DNA of 64,000 nt, from positions 8,682,001-8,746,000 of the forward strand of contig CM075989.1 in assembly GCA_038087875.1 (NCBI GenBank). The letters run 5' to 3'. Of the stretch, positions 37,418 to 49,802 are shown in pieces (the first letter of the stretch is position 1; every line of letters begins with the position of its first letter). Source of the stretch: Malacoraja senta (Eukaryota). The notes under the pieces were generated by a model. It was not told the origin of the DNA. It searched no databases and saw nothing but the letters and a program-made list of their open reading frames with translations. The translations under genes and the position numbers were made by a program.

Positions 37418-40270
37418 AGGGTGTTTCTACATCTCAAGATGGGATAGTGTCTGGAAATGTGCCGGTGTCGCTGTCACGTGACCGGCAGGTTGAGGAGCAA
37501 AAGAGTGATCCAGGTTTATCTGAGCTGTTCGACTGCGCGGTGCCTGAGGGGGATATGGATTCCACAGAAAAGGGGTATTTTCTAAGGGAGGGCTTACTGA
37601 TGCGAAAGTGGTCTCCCTTGGATATATCTGGGCATGATGATTGGAGCGTGGTTGATCAGATTGTGATACCTCGTCGGTATAGGGACGAGATACTCTGTTT
37701 GGCTCATGATGGTCCTCTGGGTGGACATTTGGGAGTCAATGAGACATATGACCTTATCTTATGGAATTTTTTTTGGCCAGGTTTGAAAAAGGACGTGAAA
37801 CAGCAGTGCAGGTGTTGTCACATTTGCCAGGTGGCAGGAAAGCCGAACCAATCGATTGTTCCTGTGCCTTTATATCCAATCCCAGTGGTCGGTGAGCCGT
37901 TTGAGCGGATTTTTGTTGATTGTGTGGGTCCTCTACCTCGGACAAAGGTGGGCAACAAGTTTTTATTGACAATTATGTGTGCGTCTACCCGCTTTCAGGA
38001 GGTGGTCCCTTTGCGTAGAATTACTGCCCCTACCATTGTGAAGTCACTCGCTAAGTTTTTTTCGTTGTTCGCTTTGCCCAAGGTTGTGCAGAGTGACCAA
38101 GGTTCCAACTTCATGTCGAAGGTTTTTGGTCAGGTAATGAAGTTGTTAGATATTAAGCATTGTTACTCCAGTGCGTATCACCCTGAGAGCCAGGGAGCTC
38201 TCGAGAGGTTTCACCAGACTTTGAAATCTATGTTGAGGACTTACTGCCTGGAGTTTGAAAAAGACTGGGATGAGGGGGTTCATCTAGTTATGTTTGGGGT
38301 GCGTGAGGTCATGCAGGAGTCTTTAGGGTTCAGTCCTGCTGACCTGGTGTTCGCGCATACTGTACGTGGTCCGTTGAGGGTCCTAAAGGAGAAATGGTTG
38401 AAGGAGGATACAAAACGTAGTATTTTAGACCACGTCTGTACCTTTCAGTCTAGACTGAAGAGGGCATGCGAACTGGCAATGGGTAATCTTGCTTCTGCTC
38501 AGTCTAGGATGAAGGGGTGGTTCGACAGGAAGGCTTCTAGTAGGAATTTTTCTCCAGGTGACAAGGTCCTGGTGTTGTTGCCTATTCCTGGTTCCAGTCT
38601 GCAGGCTCGGTATCAGATGGTTAAGAAGGTTGGTGAAAGGGATTATGTTATTGGTACCCCTGATCGAAGGCGTAAGACTCAGCTCTGTCATGTCAACATG
38701 ATGAAGCAGTACCATGAGCAGGAGCCTGTGGAGGTTGATGGGGAGGTGCTGTGTCCTTCGGTTTTGTCTAAGCCTGTTTTGGCTGCAGTGGTGCTGCCCC
38801 CTGACACGGGTGGTGATGTGGGTGAGGCACGGCTGTCGGTGGCAGTGACGCAGGGAAGGCTGTGTAACTCTGAGGCTTTGGAGTCGCTTCCCTTGCAGTT
38901 GTCTCATTTGACTGAAAGTCAGCGGGGTGATCTGCTTGCTTTGGTGGAGTCAAATGGGTCACTGTTCTCGGATGTGCCTTCTCAGACGTCTGTGCTGCAG
39001 CATGACATTGACGTGGCCGGTGCTGCGCCAATTAAACAGCATCCGTATTGGGTCAACCCTGACAGGCATCATCGTCTAGGGAGTCAGGTTGACTATATGC
39101 TGCGGCATGGCATTGCTGAATCTAGTTGTAGTCCGTGGAGTTCTCCGTGTCTACTGGCTACGAAGGCTAATGGGGAGGACAGGTTTTGCACGGACTTTCG
39201 GAAAGTGAATGGTGTAACTAAGCCGGATTGCTATCCTCTCCCACGAATGGAGGATTGCGTGGATCGTGTGGGAAGTGCATCTTTTGTGTCTAAGTTGGAC
39301 TTGTTAAAAGGGTATTGGCAAGTTTCTTTGACTAGGCGGGCGAGGGCGTTCGTTACGCCTGATAACTTTCTTCAGTATACAGTAATGGCATTTGGGATGC
39401 GCAATGCGCCGGCAACCTTCCAACGGTTGGTGAACATTGTATTGTCTGGTTTGTCCTTCTGTGAGGCATACCTTGATGATTTGGTTGTGTGCTCCAGGTC
39501 GTGGATCGAACACATCGGTCATCTGAAGGAGGTATTTCATCGTCTAGCAGAGGCAAAACTAACAATCAATCTGGGGAAGTGTGAGTTTGGCCAGGCCACG
39601 GTAACGTATCTGGGTAAGGTGGTGGGCCGGGGTCAGGTTCGCACTCTCAAGGAAAAGGTGGGGCATATTGTCGCATTTCCTGCTCCAACCTCGAGGACTG
39701 AACTCCGTAGGTATCTGGCTATGGTTGGGTACTATAGAGGATTCTGTCCAAACTTCTCTGCGGTGGCTGCCCCTTTGACGGATTTGCTGAGTCCGAAGGT
39801 AGCTTTTGTGTGGTCCGCAGAGTGTCAACAAGCCTTTGATCATACTAAAAGTCTTCTGGTGCGCGCACCTGTGCTGGCGGCACCTGATTTTGAGCGTCCA
39901 TTTAAGCTGGCAGTGGATGCCAGTGATCGTGGGGTTGGGGGAGTTCTTCTACAGGATGATTCAGATGGGGTGGAGCATCCAGTTTCGTACTTCTCTAAGA
40001 AGTTTAATCGTCATCAGAAGTGGTACTCCACCATTGAGAAAGAAGCCCTTGCTATTTTAATGTCTGAATCATTTTGAGGTTTATGTTGGCTCCTCGAATG
40101 TCCCTGTCATCGTACTCACGGATCATAATCCGTTGGTATTTTTGCATAATATGAAGAATAAGAACCGGCGGTTAATGAGCTGGAGTTTGCAGCTGCAAGA
40201 CTACAACCTGGAGGTCAGGCATATCCGTGGCAACGATAATGTCTTGGCTGACGCCTTGTCGCGCCAGTAG
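37414..40270 (+). pseudogene. pol: Pol: integrase (HHCC; DDE at VDCVGP, SDQGSNF, LERFH), then RT (YLDD at 39469-39480), then RNase H (DAS...E...TDH...ADALSR), with a frameshift at ~40065
   Basis: ORF 37414-40077; the RNase H C-terminus HFEVYV...LTDHNPL...NVLADALSRQ* continues in another frame to TAG at 40268-40270. Confidence 0.93.
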
Positions 40271-40343
40271 AGTTTTAGCTCCTGAATAGTTTCTGGGATT
40301 TGGTGGTGTTTTTTCTCTCTTCCAAAACTTATTCAGTATCTTT

Positions 40344-40352
40344 GGGTGGGGG
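40344..40352 (+). promoter_or_regulatory. Polypurine-tract-like G run
   Basis: GGGTGGGGG immediately before the 3' LTR. Confidence 0.75.
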
Positions 40353-40936
40353 TGTTAGGCGCTTTCCCCCCCCTGGTGAATGCTATGTACTTACCTTTCT
40401 CTGTTTCTTTCCCGAGTGCAGGCCTCGTGGCTGTGAGTCGGGAATCAAGGGGTTAAAAGGCTCCTGTACCCGATTGGCCAAGCTGCGTCAGGTGATGGGT
40501 GACTCATCTGAATCTTAAATAACAGAACTTCCCAGGATTCTCTCTCTTCTTCGTTGACCCTGACTTGTGAGCTGTCTGCTGGAGTGAGCTGCGGAAGGCC
40601 TGGCCACATGGCATAGAACTTTGTGTACTTTCACAATTAATTAGTAACAAATATTGAATTGGGACGGATAAGGGCTGACCTTAGTGTTTTCGTGTATTTT
40701 GTTTCAGGGTTATATCTTTTTAGGCAGGTTTTACAGTCTCTGGTTCGACGGTCCATCACGTGGCTGGCTGGAGCACCGTTAAATTGTTTGTCAGTCCATC
40801 CATATCCCTGACTGGGTTGTTTGAATCGGGTTTGGGTTTTGTGTTCCATTGAGTAATTAAACTATTTTTGAACTTGAACCTGGTTCTTGAGTTATGTTGC
40901 GCGGCTCTGAAGTACCTGCATTCGGGAGTCGTAACA
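40353..40936 (+). repeat. 3' LTR (584 bp)
   Basis: Direct repeat of 34999-35574; by eye about 13 substitutions and 3 small indels. Confidence 0.96.
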
Positions 40937-41789
40937 GTGCACGCCGGGTTGATTGCATTCGTCGAAACAGGGCGGACCATGTGAAGGTCTGTTAACTTCA
41001 TGCGACTTATGATCTGAATGCCAAAGCAAAAGGGAAAGTTTGGCAAGCGGTGTGGGGTCATGTGGGTGGCTTAATTAGCAGCTTGTTAACTGAGTAATCA
41101 AAAACTGACAGCAGTTTACAGCAGCAACAATCATGTTCTCAGCCAATTCCTGCCATCCAGCTGTTTCGGGTGATTATCTGTCCTTTGAATTAGAATCAAT
41201 TTCTTTTTTGCAGTTTACGGATGTGATTCAGCCTCCTAATGAAGCCGGGTTCAATTCAAAGCATTTACTACGCTGATGTATACTGTAAAATTAACGGATT
41301 GACAATCGCTACCATCTTCACAAAGAAATGCGTGGATTAAATTGTGTGGTTTTAAAGATATATTACACTCATATAAATTGTCCAATGATTTGAATGAAGA
41401 CTTCCCCTTTCTCAGTTATATAAAACACATGGAGAGTCTAATCCAAATTTCAACAATATCTTACATCATTGGTATTTGTCACCTACATGGGAGCAAGTGA
41501 ACAAGAGGCTTGACATGAAAATCTAATTCTGCAAATCCTCTACTACAAATCCTAGCATGTTAGATTATGACCGTTTGCCAACTAGGTTATACTTAAACAG
41601 AAAAGTCTGCCATATGGGTATAACAATATTTGGTATTATTCGTTTATACCATGCTGAATAATTAATAAGCAGCTTGTCTCCCCCCCCCCCCCCCCCCCCC
41701 CCCACAGCACTGGGCTCTATCATCAGCAAGGTGCAGATGCTGAAAATCTGAAACTATCCTATAAAACACTCCACAGGTCAGGCAGCATC

Positions 41790-42020
41790 TTTAGACTTTT
41801 AGACTTTAAAGATACAGTGCGGAAACAGGCCCTTCGGCCCACCAAGTCTGCGTTGACTAGCGATCGCCCCATACACTAGCACTAGACTACACACGAGCGA
41901 CAATTATGTTTACCAAAACTAATTAACCTACAAGCCTCTACGTCTTTGGAGTGTGGGAGGAATCCGGAGCACCCGGAGAAAACCCATGCGGTCACAGGGA
42001 GAACATACAAGCTCTGTAAG
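41790..42020 (-). mobile_element. HE1-like SINE, 3' part
   Basis: (TTTAGAC)n tail and family core. Confidence 0.75.
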
Positions 42021-42577
42021 GTTGGGACCCTTCTTTAGATTGATTGGGGGGGGGGAGGGGAAACAAAGCTGGAAGAGAGGAGGGGCATGACAAAGCCTGG
42101 CTGGTAATAGGGTGATACAGGCAAGGAGGGTTTTTTGGTAGGCAGATGGTTGGACTAAGGCCAGAGATAAAAAGACAGAAGATGTGAGACAAAAGGATTG
42201 AAAAGTTGTGAAGTGTGAAGCCGGAGGAAGGATCCAACATTTCTATCCCTTCATTGGTGGAAATAACCTTCTTATTTTGGATTGTTGTTTATTTAAAGTT
42301 AATTGTCTTCATCAATTTGAAATTATATACATGGTTTATTTCTATGCAGAGCTCAACATTAGTCCACCCCTGCCTCCATTCCACAATATTCTGATCCTCC
42401 TTCAATAATTCCCATCCCTATCCCTGTGCTATTTTCAATCTCCAGCTGCATTCCTACACAATTCAACGTTGTGCGTTGTTCTGATCTTTCGTTTTGCCCT
42501 GGCTTTATCCACCCCATCTTCTCCCCTCGCCACTCCGCTGTGCTGAGCCCCTGTACTGCACTATTCTTGCCCCAAAC

Positions 42578-42970
42578 CGTGGGGCCTGTGGACTTTAACA
42601 CCGTGAAGCCTGCGGTCTCCGGTAAGAAGCGGCCGACTCGGGAGCTCCAAGTGTTCCGATCCGTCCCGACGCCGGAGTTTCGATCATCCCGACGAGAGGG
42701 TTAGAACAGCGGACCGTCGGGAACGGCAAGTGCGGAGGGTTCAAGGCCCTGACCACAGGTGAACGAAGGAGGAAGATGACTAAACTTTATTGCCTTCCAT
42801 CACAGTGAGGAATGTTGATTCCACTGTGGTGGATGTGTATGTTAACCTTCATTTTATGTGCTGTGTGTATTTTTGCTTTTTTACTTAGTATGGCTGAATG
42901 GTAACTCACATTTCCCTGTACCTTAATTGGTACATGTGGCAATTAAATTGATTCTTGAATCTTGAATCTT
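42578..42970 (+). mobile_element. Unclassified CpG-rich retroposon 3' part with (TCTTGAA)n tail
   Basis: Terminal hairpin TGTACC..GGTACA like the Rex1-type ends at 34580 and 54410; tandem tail. Confidence 0.55.
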
Positions 42971-43081
42971 AACAATCTTCAGCGTAAATGCTGCAAGATA
43001 TGACAACTGTGATTTTTAAACATGGAACTGCTCCAAACTGAACCAGGTATATAATTTCACATTGATAGACAATTATTATTA

Positions 43082-45335
43082 TTTTTTTAATTTAAATTTT
43101 TATTAGAGGTATCTGCATATCATAGTCCAAACCAATACAAACTTTGTTTAACGATTACATATTAAGTATCCAGGGTTCCGGGGATCCAGTTACCAAAGTA
43201 GCTGGGATCCTCCTTTATCGGTTACATATTAACATTACCTCTAATTATTTATTTATGTTTATAGATAAGAAATAAAGAGAAGAAATTAGAAAAAAAATAA
43301 GATAAACTATCAATAATACAACTTAGGAGATAGGTCTGTAGGTCAGAAAACATAACTAATCATCTAGTCCTGGGTTCAGGTTTCAGTCAGGCCTTGCACC
43401 GGCCCAGTTTACCCCTTCATATAATCTATAAATGGAGACCATATTTTAGTAAATAATTCTGGTTTGTCAATTAAGACATATCTAATTTTTTTCCAAATGT
43501 AAGGTCTCCGACATCTCCATAATCCACATCTTAAATGTGGGGGTTGCAGTATTTTTCCAAAATTTTAATATGAATTTTTTCCCAATTATTATACTGTAAT
43601 CAAGGAAATTTCTTTGGTTTGTTGTAAATTTTAGGTATTGTTCTGATATGCCCAATATTATTAATTTAGGATCGGGATCCAGTTGAGTATTAACAACTAC
43701 AGAGATTATTTTAAAAATATCCATCCAGTAATTTTTAATTTTTATACAATTTACAAAAGTATGGGTTAAATTAGCCGCCGAGTATTGGCATTTATCACAG
43801 ATAGGAGAGATATTAGGAAAGATTCTATTTAATTTTGTTTTTGAATAATGCAGTCTATAGTCTATGTAGTACTTTAAATTGTATTAAAAAATGTCTGGTA
43901 TTTAATGAACATTGATGTATATGTTGTAGACTTTCTTCCCAAATATCTTTTGTTATAGGTTGGGCTAATTCCTTTTCCCATGCTAGTCTATATAATTCCG
44001 TCGACGGAATCTCACTGTCTAAAAGAGTATTACAAATGTAAGATATTAATTTATCTGTATTAGGGTGTTTATTCAAACGTTCATCTAGAATCTCTGGTTC
44101 TCTAGTTCTGTATTCTTGTGTATGTGATTTAACATCATCTTTAAGTTGTAAGAATCTAAAAAAAATATTTGAATGTAATCCATAATTCAGTTGTAGTTCC
44201 TGAAACGAGAGAAAAATACAATTTCTATAAAGATGTCCCATCTTTTTAATTCCATGATTTTTCCATTGTACAAAACCTTTATCCAACACTGAGGGTTTAA
44301 ATGAAGGATTATTTGCAATGGGGAGAGAAAGTGATAAATTATCCAATTTTTTAGGTGTCTCCAAATTCGAATACCACTATATATTATAGGGTTTTCACTA
44401 TAGATTTTTAAATTCAATTTTGTAGGAGCTAACCGGATCGGCCCAATTTCAAAAGGCAAACAATCTTCCTTTTCCATCTTTAACCAGTCTGGTTGTTGAT
44501 CCATATCTTCCAACCAAACATTCGTATTTTTGACATTAACTGCCCAAAAATAAAATAAACAATTTGGTAAAACTAATCCTCCTTTGGTCTTGGGTTTGCA
44601 TAGGTGTTTTTTGCTTATTCTGTGGTTCTTATAATCCCAAATAAAACTTGTCACTATAGAGTCAACTTTAAAAAAAACATTTTTTGGGAGATATATCGGA
44701 ATTGATTGAAAAAGTTATAGCAATTGCGGAAGGAAAATCATTTTTATAGCATTAACTCTACCGAGCATTGAAATGAGAAGTGTTTTCCAGTATTGGATAT
44801 TCTTATGCAATTTATTAAGTAAAGGCATGAAATTTGATTTTAATAAAGAAGTATATTTCTTTGTCACATAAATTCCAAGGTATTTAAATTTTTCATTGAC
44901 TATTCTAAAAGGTGAGTGTTGCAATATATATGAGTTGGGTTCCGTTATTGACATAATCTCACTTTTATTCCAATTAATTCTATATCCCGAAAATAAACCA
45001 AATTGAGTTATAAGATGTAACAAGTTTGGGATGCTGACTTCTGGATTTGTAATATATAATAATACATCGTCTGCATATAGAGAGATTTTATTAACTGTAT
45101 TTTTAGTTTTATACCCATATATTTCTGGATGTACTCTAACTCTTTCTGCTAGTGGTTCAATAGCGAGGGCAAATAGTAACGGGCATCCTTGTCTGCAACC
45201 TTTAGATAAATCACATTTTGTTGATAACATTTAATTTGTCATTATTCTAGCTGTTGGGTTAGTGTATAACAGCTTAACCCATGTGCAAAACCTCTCACCC
45301 AATTGAAAATTTTCCATCACCGAAAATAAATAGGG
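43082..45335 (-). mobile_element. 5'-truncated, degenerate L1-clade LINE (ORF2 RT domain to C-terminal Cys knuckle, 3' UTR, A-tail)
   Basis: Minus-strand fragments CRQGCPL..LFALAIEPLA, KISLYADDVLLY, KYLGI, KGGLVLP, CDKCQYSAANLTHTFVNC; several stops and frameshifts; AATAAA + A-rich tail near 43082-43104. Confidence 0.9.
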
Positions 45336-46093
45336 CCTGTTTAAGATGAAGACAATTGACTTTAAATAAACAACAATTGAAAATAAGAAGTTGAACTGCA
45401 GCTGTCGTGAGTTATAATCGAGGAATCAAGTGTTACTCAGGAGTATATAAACAAAAAAACTAGAAATAAACGCTAGGTCAGGCATTATTGGCAGAGAATG
45501 AAACGGAGTAAACATTTAGACACAAGGAACTGCAGATGCTGGTTTAGAAAAAAAAGACACAAAGTGCTGGACTAACTCGGCATCTCAGGCAGCATCTTTG
45601 GACAACACGGATAGTCAATGTTTCAGGTTAGGACCCTTCTTCAGTGATTGTGGTGGGTTGTGGGGGGGGGGGGGGGGAAAGCTAGAAGAGAGGCAGGTGC
45701 TGGACAGAGTCTGGCAAGTGATAGGTTGAAGGTAGACACAAAAAGCTGGAGTAACTCAGCGGGACAGGCAGTATCTCTGGAGAGAAGGAATAGGGTTGTT
45801 TCGGGTCGAGACCCTTCTTCAGATAGGTAGGTACAGGTGAGGGATGGGGGGGGGGGAGTTGGATTGCCAGATGGTTGGACAAAGGCCAGAGATAAAAAGA
45901 CAAAGAATGTGAAATGAGGAGACAAGAATAGAAGAGGCATGAAATGTGAAGCCAGAGGAAGGAATAGAGGGAAAAGGAGAAATGGGTACGCATCCAGGTG
46001 GAGTACAAAGAGAGGGGGGGAGGTGGAAGTGGTGGCTGGTTTCAGGTATGTTAACATTGGTATGGCCTTTTGTCTTTTGAATGGGCTCTTTAT

Positions 46094-46613
46094 TCATAAG
46101 TTCATAAGTAATAGTAGAATTAGGCCATTCGGCCCATCAAGCCCATCCAATCATGACTGATCTATCTTTCCCTCTCAACCCCATTCTTCTGCCTTCTGCC
46201 CATAAGCCCTGACACTCTTACTAATCAATAATCTGTCAATCTATGCCTTAAAAATACCCAATGACTTGGCATCCACAGCCGTCTGTAGCAGTGAATTCTC
46301 CAGATTCACCACCCTCTGACTAAAGAAATTCCACCTCATCTTTCTAAATATATCTCCTTTTATTCTGAGGCTTTAGCCTCCGGTTCTAGACTCTGGCACT
46401 AGTGGAAACATTCTCTCCACATCCACTCTATCCAGGCCTTTCACTATTTGGCAAGGTTCATTGAGGTTCCCCCTCATCCTTCTAAACTCCAGCGAGTACA
46501 GGCCCAGAGCCATCAAACGCCCATCGTATGTTAACCCAATCATTCCGGGGATCATTCTCGTAAACCTCCTCTGGATTCTCTCCAATGCCAGCACATGCTC
46601 AGATATGGAGCCC
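46094..46613 (-). mobile_element. CR1-type LINE 3' fragment
   Basis: VLALERIQRRFTRMIPGMIGLTYDGRLMALGLYSLEFRRMRG. Confidence 0.85.
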
Positions 46614-46852
46614 ATTAAATGTATCAATTAAATTAATTTGTATTAAAAGGTTGGTTAAATCATTCATTGCTCTGGAGAAATGGTGGAAAAAGGGTTAGAG
46701 TTTCTTCAGCTCCATTCTCAGTCTCACTTCCAGAGACACTTTAGAATGAAATACTTTTGGCTTGTGTGAAAAATAATAAGTTAGATTGTAAACTACTTGA
46801 GTGGAACATGGATCCATTCTTCCTTCCTCTCTTGTCTCCGTCTTTACCCTAA

Positions 46853-47347
46853 AGGGCCTGTCCCACGGGCATGCGACTGCATGCGGCAAGCACGACCTAA
46901 CGTGGTCGCTTGAGCCGTACGGCCTCGCGGGGCCGGTCCCACTTCGATTGCCGGAGCCGTATGGAGTTGTGCGGAGCTGGTCCCGACATCGCGCGGGGCT
47001 CCGAAAAACTGACACTGTTCAAAATTCCGTGCGGCAACGGCCTGCCGGCCCGCAGCCGCCTCGACGCCGTACGCACCGCCTCGACGGGCGTGCGCGCCAT
47101 CTTGACGCCGTACGCAGCGTCTTGACGCCGTACGTCACGCGCGAACTTCCCGCGGACTTCGCTCGAACTTCACGTCACTCACTCGACCTCCGCGCGGCCC
47201 CCGTTTCCGGTTTGGTCGCGCTCACCCCATGCAGTCGCACGCTGATGGGACCGTCTCTGTACGGGGATCACTCGACCTCCGCGCGGCCCCCACTTCTGGT
47301 TTGGTCGCGCTTGCCGCATGCAGTCGCATGCTCGTGGGACAGGCCCT
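46853..47347. mobile_element. Non-autonomous DNA transposon (MITE), PIF/Harbinger-like
   Basis: About 45-bp TIRs (AGGGCCTGTCCCACGGGCATGCGACTGCATGCGGCAAGC / GCTTGCCGCATGCAGTCGCATGCTCGTGGGACAGGCCCT) and TAA TSD at 46850-46852 / 47348-47350; CpG-rich. Confidence 0.85.
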
Positions 47348-47847
47348 TAACACTTCGTTTTTCCTCACTCATCCTGTGTTTCACACTAATTGACCTGATC
47401 AACAATGAGAACAATTCCATTAGCAGCTGTAGAAACACTGGTGCATACAGTTATTGTTTGCATAAATCACAGCTACTTAATTATGCTAAACATCACCACT
47501 TTGTTCACTGCATAAATTAATTTGAAATTGTTCTATATTTCCTATTTTGTGCTTGTGCACGTTAGTTCATTTATGTTATTTATCACTCAAATCATTGTTC
47601 TTTCATCAGGGCATCCTTCACAATATAATCACCTCCTGCACCTCATCCATTCAATTATGTTATAGTAGCCCTGTAAGAACTTGGAAGAGAAGATTGATAC
47701 ATTAGCTTCCATTTACATAGCTCCTTTAACATCCCAAAGTGCTTCACAGAATACAATCTGGCTCCACGCAACCTAAAGAGATATTAGGGCAGATGACCTC
47801 CTTGTCTAAAAGACATTGAGATAATTTATTCTAAACACTTTTCTAAA

Positions 47848-48320
47848 CACTTGAACTCCCACCTTCCCCTTCCCGTACTGACCTTTCTGTCCTGGGCCTC
47901 CTCTGCTGTCAGAGTGAGGCCCAGCGCAAATTGGAGGAACAGCACCTCATATTTTGCTTGGGCAGCTTACAACCCAGGGGTATGAGTGTTGACTTCTCTA
48001 ACTTTTTCTCTCTCTCAATCCCTCCCCAATCCTAGTTCTCTGACTAATTTCACTGTCCTCCTCATTAAATATTACTGATTGGACGCCTTGTTGTCACCTT
48101 CCCCCCCCCAGCTAACAATGATCCATTCTACATTCTCCATGAACTTTGTCCCCTTTGATCTTTCATTTTCACACCTTACCCTTCCATATCTCTAGTCTCC
48201 CTCTCCCCTGACTCTCAGTGTGAAGAAGGGCCTTGATGCGGAAAAAGTCACGCATTCCTTCATCTCCAAAGATGCTACCTGTCCCGCTAAGTTACGCCAG
48301 CATTATGTGTCCATCTTTGG
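47848..48320 (+). mobile_element. Penelope-like 3' fragment with degenerate terminal repeat
   Basis: Clearly similar to 31080-31230 (GAGGCCCAGCGCAAATTGGAGGAACAGCACCTCATA...) and followed by the same terminal-repeat family. Confidence 0.75.
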
Positions 48321-48357
48321 AAAATATGGATTGAGTGGAACATTTTAAAAGTGAGCG

Positions 48358-48650
48358 TCACAGTGGTAGAGTTGCTGCATTACAGTGCCAGACACCCACG
48401 TTCAATCATGACTCTGGATGCTGTCTGTACAGAGTTTGTACGTTCTCCCTGTGACCATGTGGGTTTTCTCCAGATGTTCCGGTTTCCTCCCACACTCCAA
48501 AGACGTACAGGATAATTGGCATTGGTAAAATTGTAAATTGTCCCTAGTTTGTAGAATAGTGTTAGCGTACAGGGTGATCGCTGGTCAGCGCGGACTCAGT
48601 GGGCCGAAGGGCCTGTTTCCGTGCAGTATCTTTAAAGTCTAAAGTCTAAA
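48358..48650 (+). mobile_element. HE1-like SINE
   Basis: Family head and core, (TCTAAAG)n tail. Confidence 0.8.
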
Positions 48651-49299
48651 GACAGTATGCTTGATGAAGGAGGTGGATTCTTAAATGAAGAAAAAGAGAT
48701 TTACAGAGGAAATTAGGAACTGGTGCATGACCATTGATGGAAAGATTATACTTGGGGTTAACGAAGAGGCCAGAATTATATTGGCATCGGGATCTAGTAG
48801 GGCAGGAGAGGTTGGGGAGAGTGAGGAAGGGTTTAGAACACATTGATGAGAATGAGGTACTGCTTTATCGGTAGGTCAGGATATTGAAGTTAGAAAATAT
48901 GTCAGGAATGTTCAAACCTAGCAGTTCTCTGGCTCCATGTGAGGTGACTGCAGATTTCTCAAAAATAAACATAAACCATGCACGCCAAAGTCTGACAACT
49001 ATTAGCGCATTTCTTTGTCCTTAGTACAACATTCGCAGTGAAGTGTTATACCCACTATCAACGAAATATTAGATAAAGACACAAAATGCTGGAGTAACTC
49101 AGCAGGTCAGGCAGCATCTCTGGTGAACGTGGATAGGTAACGATTCAAGTCGGGACCCTTCTTCAGACAAAATATCAGATCCCCAGCTATGATCACACCC
49201 CTGAGCTATTTTGTCTTTTTCTTCTTATTTAGTTGCCTCTTCATGGTGGTTCTAATGCAGCATGTACATTTTTTGCATGTACTAGTTTAAAAAAAAAAA

Positions 49300-49590
49300 C
49301 CAGCATGGAATCATGACCCTTCGGCCCATCGAGTCCACGCCGGCCCTCGACCGCTTGTTCACACTAGTTGTATGTTCCCCCACTTTCGCATCCATTCCCT
49401 ACACACTAGCGGCAATTTACTGAAGCCAATTAAACTACAAACTCGCACGTCTTTGGGATGCGGGAGGAAAATGGAGCACCCGGAGGAACCCTACGCGGTC
49501 ACAGGAGAACATGCAAACTCCACACTGACAGCACCCGAGGTCAGGATCGAACCTCGGTCTCTGGCACTGTGAGGCAGCGACTCTACCAGC
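49300..49590 (-). mobile_element. HE1-like SINE
   Basis: Same family. Confidence 0.78.
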
Positions 49591-49802
49591 TGTTGCAATC
49601 TGCCACTCCCCCCCCCCCCCCACCCGCCTACAGTCAAAGATATTCTTCACAATAATATATATTTTTGACAAAGTTTGTCTAATTTCAACAAAGCAGTCTG
49701 ATAATATGATAGGATGATAAATTAAAATATGTTATCTAGATATGATATTTGAGTATCATAACTGACAATGACAAATGTTCCTAAACATTAACTCTCTTTC
49801 CC

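Larger units (their letters stand above)
34999..40936 (+). mobile_element. Full-length Gmr1-like (Ty3/gypsy) LTR retrotransposon, gag-PR-INT-RT-RH order, frameshifted
   Basis: Two near-identical TG...CA LTRs, 5-bp TSD GTGCA (34994-34998 / 40937-40941), PBS, PPT and recognisable Gag, protease, integrase, RT and RNase H motifs. Confidence 0.96.
34914..40985 (-). mobile_element. Second copy of the (GAA)n-tailed retroposon, split by the LTR element
   Basis: 34914-34998 and 40942-40985 rejoin into the reverse complement of most of 3146-3291; TSD GGTCTGTT at 34906-34913 / 40986-40993. Confidence 0.85.
33840..41683. repeat. Old ~220-bp inverted repeat pair (33840-34064 / 41462-41683)
   Basis: For example GGATTTGTAGTACAGGATTTGCAGAATTTGATTTTCATGTCAAGC versus the reverse complement of GCTTGACATGAAAATCTAATTCTGCAAATCCTCTACTACAAATCC. 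Confidence 0.85.

Noticed and set aside
40078..40520. env-like or extra ORF in the LTR element
   Set aside because: The segment is the frameshifted RNase H C-terminus, followed within ~80 bp by the PPT and 3' LTR.
46801..47520. 239-aa ORF over a CpG-rich patch, possible gene or CpG-island promoter
   Set aside because: Falls mostly within a TIR/TSD-bounded MITE; no recognisable domain.
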